This document shows, piece by piece, positions 55,570 to 64,000 of a DNA stretch of 64,000 nucleotides. How positions within the stretch are numbered: the stretch's first letter is position 1; each line of letters opens with the position of its first letter. Where the stretch lies: contig CAXHJY010000973.1 in the NCBI GenBank assembly GCA_964016885.1, positions 434,001-498,000 on the forward strand, in the 5' to 3' direction. Both the position numbers and the translations under genes were made by a program. This DNA is from Eledone cirrhosa (Eukaryota). The notes under the pieces are model-generated. The model was not told the DNA's origin and made no database searches. It was given only the letters and a program-made list of their open reading frames with translations.

Positions 55570-58500
55570 TCCTTTAAAACCTCCATGGAACAAACTACCT
55601 GCATCAGTTCTTAGCTGTTGACACGTTGCATCCTTTAAAACCTCTATGGAACAAACTACCTCCATCAGTTGTTAGCTGTTGAGACACTGCATCCTTTAAA
55701 ACCTCCACGGAACAAACTACCTGCATCAGTTGTTACCTGTTGAGACACTGCATCCTTTAAAACCTCCATGGAACAAACTACCTTCATCAGTTGTTAGCTG
55801 TCGAGACTCTGCATCCTTTAAAACCTCCATGGAACAAACTACCTTAATCAGTTGTTAGCTGTTGAGACATTGCATCCTTTAAAACCTCTATGGAACAAAC
55901 TACCTCAATCAGTTGTTAGCTGTTGAGACACTGCATCCTTTAAAACCTCCGTGGAAAAAACTCCCTGCATCAGTTGCTAGTAGTTGAGACACTGAATCTT
56001 TTAAAACCTCCATGGAACAAACTACCTGCATCAGTTGTTAGCTGCTGAGACACTGCATCCTTTAAAACCTCCATGGAACAAACTACCTGCATCAGTTGTT
56101 AGCTGTTGAGACATTGCATCCTTTAAAACCTCTATGGAACAAACTACCTCCATCTTTTGTTAACTGTTGAGACACTGCATCCTTTAAAACCTCCATGGAA
56201 CAAACTACCTGCATCAGTTGTTAGCTGCTGAGACACTGCATCCTTTAAAACCTCCATGGAACAAACCACCTTCATCAGTTGTTAGCTGTCGAGACACTGC
56301 ATCCTTTAAAACCTCCATGGAACAAACTACCTGCATCAGTTGTTAGCTGCTGAGACACTGCATCTTTTAAAACCTCCATGGAACAAACTACCTGCATCAG
56401 TTGTTAGCTGACGAGACACTGCATCCTTTAAAACCTCCGTGGAAAAAACTCCCTGCATCAGTTGCTAGTAGTTGAGACACTGCATCCTTTAAAACCTCTA
56501 TGGAACAAACTATCTGAATCAGTTGTTAGCTGCTGAGACACTGCATCCTTTAAAACCTCCATGGAACAAACTACCTGCATCAGTTGTTAGCTGTTGAGAC
56601 ATTGCATCCTTTAAAACCTCTATGGAACAAACTACCTCCATCAGTTGTTAACTGTTGAGACACTGCATCCTTTAAAACCTCCATGGAACAATCTACCTGC
56701 ATCAGTGGTTACCTGTTGAGACACTGCATCCTTTAAAACCTCTATGGAACAAACTACCTCCATCAGTTGTTAGCTGTTGAGACACTGCATCCTTTAAAAC
56801 CTCCGTGGAAAAAACTCCCTGCATCAGTTGCTAGCAGTTGAGACACTGAATCTTTTAAAACCTCCATGGAACAAACTACCTGCATCAGTTGTTAGCTGTT
56901 GACACGTTGCATCCTTTAAAACCTCTATGGAACAAACTACCTCCATCAGTTGTTAGCTGTTGAGACACTGCATCCTTTAAAACCTCTGTGGAAAAAACTC
57001 CCTGCATCAGTTGCTAGCAGTTGAGACACTGAATCTTTTAAAACCTCCATGGAACAAACTACCTCCATCAGTTGTTAGCTGTTGAGACACTGCATCCTTT
57101 AAAACCTCCATGGAACAAACTACCTGCATCAGTTGTTAGCTGCTGAGACACTGCATCCTTTAAAACCTCCATGGAACAAACCACCTTCATCAGTTGTTAG
57201 CTGTCGAGACACTGCATCCTTTAAAACCTCCATGGAACAAACTACCTGCATCAGTTGTTAGCTGCTGAGACACTGCATCTTTTAAAACCTCCATGGAACA
57301 AACTACCTGCATCAGTTGTTAGCTGACGAGACACTGCATCCTTTAAAACCTCCGTGGAAAAAACTCCCTGCATCAGTTGCTAGTAGTTGAGACACTGCAT
57401 CCTTTAAAACCTCTATGGAACAAACTATCTGCATCAGTTGTTAGCTGCTGAGACACTGCATCCTTTAAAACCTCCATGGAACAATCTACCTGCATCAGTG
57501 GTTACCTGTTGAGACACTGCATCCTTTAAAACCTCTATGGAACAAACTACCTCCATCAGTTGTTAGCTGTTGAGAAACTGCATCCTTTAAAACCTCCGTG
57601 GAAAAAACTCCCTGCATCAGTTGCTAGCAGTTGAGACACTGAATCTTTTAAAACCTCCATGGAACAAACTACCTGCATCAGTTGTTAGCTGTTGACACGT
57701 TGCATCCTTTAAAACCTCTATGGAACAAACTACCTCCATCAGTTGTTAGCTGTTGAGACACTGCATCCTTTAAAACCTCTGTGGAAAAAACTCCCTGCAT
57801 CAGTTGCTAGCAGTTGAGACACTGAATCTTTTAAAACCTCCATGGAACAAACTACCTGCATCAGTTGTTAGCTGTTGACACGTTGCATCCTTTAAAACCT
57901 CTATGGAACAAACTACCTCCATCAGTTGTTAGCTGTTGAGACACTGCATCCTTTAAAACCTCCATGGAACAAACTACCTGCATCAGTTGTTACCTGTTGA
58001 GACACTGCATCCTTTAAAACCTCCATGGAACAAACAATCTGCATCAATTGTTAGCTGCTGAGACACTGCATCCTTTAAAACCTCCATGGAACAAACTACC
58101 TTCATCAGTTGTTACCTGTCGATACACTGCATCCTTTAAAACCTCCATGGAACATACTACCTGCATCAGTTGTTAGCTGTTGAGACATTGCATCCTTTAA
58201 AACCTCTATGGAACAAACTACCTCCATCAGTTGTTAGCTGACGAGACACTGTATCCTTTAAAACCTCCATGGAACAAACTACCTGCATCAGTTCTTAGCT
58301 GTTGACACGTTGCATCCTTTAAAACCTCTATGGAACAAACTACCTCCATCAGTTGTTAGCTGTTGAGACACTGCATCCTTTAAAACCTCCACGGAACAAA
58401 CTACCTGCATCAGTTGTTACCTGTTGAGACACTGCATCCTTTAAAACCTCCATGGAACAAACTACCTGCATCAGTTGTTAGCTGTTGAGACATTGCATCC

Positions 58501-61500
58501 TTTAAAACCTCTATGGAACAAACTACCTCCATCTTTTGTTAACTGTTGAGACACTGCATCCTTTAAAACCTCCATGGAACAAACTACCTGCATCAGTTGT
58601 TAGCTGCTGAGACACTGCATCCTTTAAAACCTCCATGGAACAAACCACCTTCATCAGTTGTTAGCTGTCGAGACACTGCATCCTTTAAAACCTCCATGGA
58701 ACAAACTACCTGCATCAGTTGTTAGCTGCTGAGACACTGCATCTTTTAAAACCTCCATGGAACAAACTACCTGCATCAGTTGTTAGCTGACGAGACACTG
58801 CATCCTTTAAAACCTCCGTGGAAAAAACTCCCTGCATCAGTTGCTAGTAGTTGAGACACTACATCCTTTAAAACCTCTATGGAACAAACTATCTGAATCA
58901 GTTGTTAGCTGCTGAGACACTGCATCCTTTAAAACCTCCATGGAACAAACTACCTGCATCAGTTGTTAGCTGTTGAGACATTGCATCCTTTAAAACCTCT
59001 ATGGAACAAACTACCTCCATCAGTTGTTAGCTGTTGAGACACTGCATCCTTTAAAACCTCCATGGAACAATCTACCTGCATCAGTGGTTACCTGTTGAGA
59101 CACTGCATCCTTTAAAACCTCTATGGAACAAACTACCTCCATCAGTTGTTAGCTGTTGAGACACTGCATCCTTTAAAACCTCCGTGGAAAAAACTCCCTG
59201 CATCAGTTGCTAGCAGTTGAGACACTGAATCTTTTAAAACCTCCATGGAACAAACTACCTGCATCAGTTGTTAGCTGTTGACACGTTGCATCCTTTAAAA
59301 CCTCTATGGAACAAACTACCTCCATCAGTTGTTAGCTGTTGAGACACTGCATCCTTTAAAACCTCTGTGGAAAAAACTCCCTGCATCAGTTGCTAGCAGT
59401 TGAGACACTGAATCTTTTAAAACCTCCATGGAACAAACTACCTGCATCAGTTGTTAGCTGTTGACACGTTGCATCCTTTAAAACCTCTATGGAACAAACT
59501 ACCTCCATCAGTTGTTAGCTGTTGAGACACTGCATCCTTTAAAACCTCCATGGAACAAACTACCTGCATCAGTTGTTACCTGTTGAGACACTGCATCCTT
59601 TAAAACCTCCATGGAACAAACAATCTGCATCAATTGTTAGCTGCTGAGACACTGCATCCTTTAAAACCTCCATGGAACAAACTACCTTCATCAGTTGTTA
59701 CCTGTCGATACACTGCATCCTTTAAAACCTCCATGGAACATACTACCTGCATCAGTTGTTAGCTGTTGAGACATTGCATCCTTTAAAACCTCTATGGAAC
59801 AAACTACCTCCATCAGTTGTTAGCTGACGAGACACTGTATCCTTTAAAACCTCCATGGAACAAACTACCTGCATCAGTTCTTAGCTGTTGACACGTTGCA
59901 TCCTTTAAAACCTCTATGGAACAAACTACCTCCATCAGTTGTTAGCTGTTGAGACACTGCATCCTTTAAAACCTCCACGGAACAAACTACCTGCATCAGT
60001 TGTTACCTGTTGAGACATTGCATCCTTTAAAACCTCTATGGAACAAACTACCTCCATCTTTTGTTAACTGTTGAGACACTGCATCCTTTAAAACCTCCAT
60101 GGAACAAACTACCTGCATCAGTTGTTAGCTGCTGAGACACTGCATCCTTTAAAACCTCCATGGAACAAACCACCTTCATCAGTTGTTAGCTGTCGAGACA
60201 CTGCATCCTTTAAAACCTCCATGGAACAAACTACCTGCATCAGTTGTTAGCTGCTGAGACACTGCATCTTTTAAAACCTCCATGGAACAAACTACCTGCA
60301 TCAGTTGTTAGCTGCTGAGACACTGCATCCTTTAAAACCTCCATGGAACAAACTACCTCCATCAGTTGTTAGCTGACGAGACACTGCATCCTTTAAAACC
60401 TCCGTGGAAAAAACTCCCTGCATCAGTTGCTAGTAGTTGAGACACTGCATCCTTTAAAACCTCTATGGAACAAACTATCTGAATCAGTTGTTAGCTGCTG
60501 AGACACTGCATCCTTTAAAACCTCCATGGAACAAACTACCTGCATCAGTTGTTATCTGTTGAGACATTGCATCCTTTAAAACCTCTATGGAACAAACTAC
60601 CTCCATCAGTTGTTAGCTGTTGAGACACTGCATCCTTTAAAACCTCCATGGAACAATCTACCTGCATCAGTGGTTACCTGTTGAGACACTGCATCCTTTA
60701 AAACCTCTATGGAACAAACTACCTCCATCAGTTGTTAGCTGTTGAGACACTGCATCCTTTAAAACCTCCGTGGAAAAAACTCCCTGCATCAGTTGCTAGC
60801 AGTTGAGACACTGAATCTTTTAAAACCTCCATGGAACAAACTACCTGCATCAGTTGTTAGCTGTTGACACGTTGCATCCTTTAAAACCTCTATGGAACAA
60901 ACTACCTCCATCAGTTGTTAGCTGTTGAGACACTGCATCCTTTAAAACCTCTGTGGAAAAAACTCCCTGCATCAGTTGCTAGCAGTTGAGACACTGAATC
61001 TTTTAAAACCTCCATGGAACAAACTACCTGCATCAGTTGTTAGCTGTTGACACGTTGCATCCTTTAAAACCTCTATGGAACAAACTACCTCCATCAGTTG
61101 TTAGCTGTTGAGACACTGCATCCTTTAAAACCTCCATGGAACAAACTACCTGCATCAGTTGTTACCTGTTGAGACACTGCATCCTTTAAAACCTCCATGG
61201 AACAAACAATCTGCATCAATTGTTAGCTGCTGAGACACTGCATCCTTTAAAACCTCCATGGAACAAACTACCTTCATCAGTTGTTACCTGTCGATACACT
61301 GCATCCTTTAAAACCTCCATGGAACATACTACCTGCATCAGTTGTTAGCTGTTGAGACATTGCATCCTTTAAAACCTCTATGGAACAAACTACCTCCATC
61401 AGTTGTTAGCTGACGAGACACTGTATCCTTTAAAACCTCCATGGAACAAACTACCTGCATCAGTTCTTAGCTGTTGACACGTTGCATCCTTTAAAACCTC

Positions 61501-64000
61501 TATGGAACAAACTACCTCCATCAGTTGTTAGCTGTTGAGACACTGCATCCTTTAAAACCTCCACGGAACAAACTACCTGCATCAGTTGTTACCTGTTGAG
61601 ACACTGCATCCTTTAAAACCTCCATGGAACAAACTACCTTCATCAGTTGTTAGCTGTCGAGACTCTGCATCCTTTAAAACCTCCATGGAACAAACTACCT
61701 TAATCAGTTGTTAGCTGTTGAGACATTGCATCCTTTAAAACCTCTATGGAACAAACTACCTCAATCAGTTGTTAGCTGTTGAGACACTGCATCCTTTAAA
61801 ACCTCCGTGGAAAAAACTCCCTGCATCAGTTGCTAGTAGATGAGACACTGAATCTTTTAAAACCTCCATGGAACAAACTACCTGCATCAGTTGTTAGCTG
61901 CTGAGACACTGCATCCTTTAAAACCTCCATGGAACAAACTACCTGCATCAGTTGTTAGCTGTTGAGACATTGCATCCTTTAAAACCTCTATGGAACAAAC
62001 TACCTCCATCTTTTGTTAGCTGTTGAGACACTGCATCCTTTAAAACCTCCATGGAACAAACTACCTGCATCAGTTGTTAGCTGCTGAGACACTGCATCCT
62101 TTAAAACCTCCATGGAACAAACCACCTTCATCAGTTGTTAGCTGTCGAGACACTGCATCCTTTAAAACCTCCATGGAACAAACTACCTGCATCAGTTGTT
62201 AGCTGCTGAGACACTGCATCTTTTAAAACCTCCATGGAACAAACTACCTGCATCAGTTGTTAGCTGACGAGACACTGCATCCTTTAAAACCTCCGTGGAA
62301 AAAACTCCCTGCATCAGTTGCTAGTAGTTGAGACACTGCATCCTTTAAAACCTCTATGGAACAAACTATCTGCATCAGTTGTTAGCTGCTGAGACACTGC
62401 ATCCTTTAAAACCTCCATGGAACAAACTACCTGCATCAGTTGTTAGCTGTTGAGACATTGCATCCTTTAAAACCTCTATGGAACAAACTACCTCCATCAG
62501 TTGTTAGCTGTTGAGACACTGCATCCTTTAAAACCTCCATGGAACAAACTACCTGCATCAGTTGTTAGCTGCTGAGACACTGCATCCTTTAAAACCTCCA
62601 TGGAACAAACCACCTTCATCAGTTGTTAGCTGTCGAGACACTGCATCCTTTAAAACCTCCATGGAACAAACTACCTGCATCAGTTGTTAGCTGCTGAGAC
62701 ACTGCATCTTTTAAAACCTCCATGGAACAAACTACCTGCATCAGTTGTTAGCTGACGAGACACTGCATCCTTTAAAACCTCCGTGGAAAAAACTCCCTGC
62801 ATCAGTTGCTAGTAGTTGAGACACTGCATCCTTTAAAACCTCTATGGAACAAACTATCTGCATCAGTTGTTAGCTGCTGAGACACTGCATCCTTTAAAAC
62901 CTCCATGGAACAAACTACCTGCATCAGTTGTTAGCTGTTGAGACATTGCATCCTTTAAAACCTCTATGGAACAAACTACCTCCATCAGTTGTTAGCTGTT
63001 GAGACACTGCATCCTTTAAAACCTCCATGGAACAATCTACCTGCATCAGTGGTTACCTGTTGAGACACTGCATCCTTTAAAACCTCTATGGAACAAACTA
63101 CCTCCATCAGTTGTTAGCTGTTGAGAAACTGCATCCTTTAAAACCTCCGTGGAAAAAACTCCCTGCATCAGTTGCTAGCAGTTGAGACACTGAATCTTTT
63201 AAAACCTCCATGGAACAAACTACCTGCATCAGTTGTTAGCTGTTGACACGTTGCATCCTTTAAAACCTCTATGGAACAAACTACCTCCATCAGTTGTTAG
63301 CTGTTGAGACACTGCATCCTTTAAAACCTCTGTGGAAAAAACTCCCTGCATCAGTTGCTAGCAGTTGAGACACTGAATCTTTTAAAACCTCCATGGAACA
63401 AACTACCTGCATCAGTTGTTAGCTGTTGACACGTTGCATCCTTTAAAACCTCTATGGAACAAACTACCTCCATCAGTTGTTAGCTGTTGAGACACTGCAT
63501 CCTTTAAAACCTCCATGGAACAAACTACCTGCATCAGTTGTTACCTGTTGAGACACTGCATCCTTTAAAACCTCCATGGAACAAACAATCTGCATCAATT
63601 GTTAGCTGCTGAGACACTGCATCCTTTAAAACCTCCATGGAACAAACTACCTTCATCAGTTGTTACCTGTCGATACACTGCATCCTTTAAAACCTCCATG
63701 GAACATACTACCTGCATCAGTTGTTAGCTGTTGAGACATTGCATCCTTTAAAACCTCTATGGAACAAACTACCTCCATCAGTTGTTAGCTGACGAGACAC
63801 TGTATCCTTTAAAACCTCCATGGAACAAACTACCTGCATCAGTTCTTAGCTGTTGACACGTTGCATCCTTTAAAACCTCTATGGAACAAACTACCTCCAT
63901 CAGTTGTTAGCTGTTGAGACACTGCATCCTTTAAAACCTCCACGGAACAAACTACCTGCATCAGTTGTTACCTGTTGAGACACTGCATCCTTTAAAACCT
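55570..64000. repeat. Nested HOR domain: ~26-monomer unit (1,586 bp) inside a ~91-96-monomer (5.5-5.9 kb) super-repeat
   Basis: AAACAATCTGCATCAATT at 58036, 59622, 61208, 63587 (26, 26, 39 monomers). TATCTGAATC at 56517, 58896, 60482 (39, 26). ACCTTAATC at 55846 and 61702 (96). GAGAAACTG at 57576 and 63127 (91). Confidence 0.85.

Larger units (their letters stand above)
1..64000. repeat. 61-bp tandem satellite array (~1,049 monomers, single orientation, extends beyond both window ends)
   Basis: In the 60-column layout each line is shifted by one base, giving a period of 61. The monomer start ATCCTTTAAA returns to the line start every 3,660 bp (11221, 14881, 18541, 22201, 25861, 29521; also 40441 through 62401). 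No non-repeat sequence was seen. Consensus: ATCCTTTAAAACCTCCATGGAACAAACTACCTGCATCAGTTGTTAGCTGTTGAGACACTGC. Confidence 0.99.

Noticed and set aside
1-64000. CRISPR array or other repeat-spacer system
   Set aside because: There are no unique spacers. All 61 positions are repeated with only point variants, and there are no cas genes or leader.
1-64000. Giant repetitive coding exon (mucin-like or adhesin-like)
   Set aside because: The period of 61 is not a multiple of 3, stops recur throughout, and the ORF track lists nothing longer than 62 aa.
1-64000. Telomeric repeat, rDNA/5S/tRNA tandem array or rDNA spacer sub-repeats
   Set aside because: There are no G-rich telomeric units and no recognisable rRNA or tRNA sequence. 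The array is far longer than typical spacer sub-repeat blocks.
1-64000. CENP-B box
   Set aside because: I saw no TTCG....A..CGGG motif on either strand, and the consensus lacks CpG.
1-64000. Purely artefactual array (collapsed or looped assembly, or rolling-circle concatemer)
   Set aside because: Structured subtype haplotypes, nested duplications with private SNPs and positional layering are not expected from a simple artefact. Individual block copy numbers still need read validation.
1-64000. Strand switch or embedded transposon or unique island
   Set aside because: The phase and orientation of the 61-mer could be followed across the whole window with only 1-bp slips.

Overview
The whole 64 kb window is one uninterrupted, single-orientation, head-to-tail tandem array of a 61-bp monomer (1,049 full copies plus 14 bp; consensus ATCCTTTAAAACCTCCATGGAACAAACTACCTGCATCAGTTGTTAGCTGTTGAGACACTGC, 26/61 = ~43% GC). 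It runs off both edges. I see no genes, RNA genes, transposon insertions, CRISPR spacers or inversions. The architecture is that of eukaryotic satellite DNA, possibly centromeric or pericentromeric, but I do not recognise the family or the organism. The information lies in the variants. There is a small alphabet of monomer subtypes with linked substitutions, and only 7 net indels in 64 kb. Nested higher-order duplications occur at 2, 4, 19, 26, 27, 31, 52/54, 67, 74-83, 91-97 and ~166-170 monomer offsets. Variants are layered from left to right, and two sites show CG/TG/CA allele series consistent with methyl-CpG decay. All eight ORFs in the supplied track sit on the five 1-bp deletions and are artefacts. 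Offsets were counted by hand from rare marker variants, so block boundaries are approximate (about one monomer).
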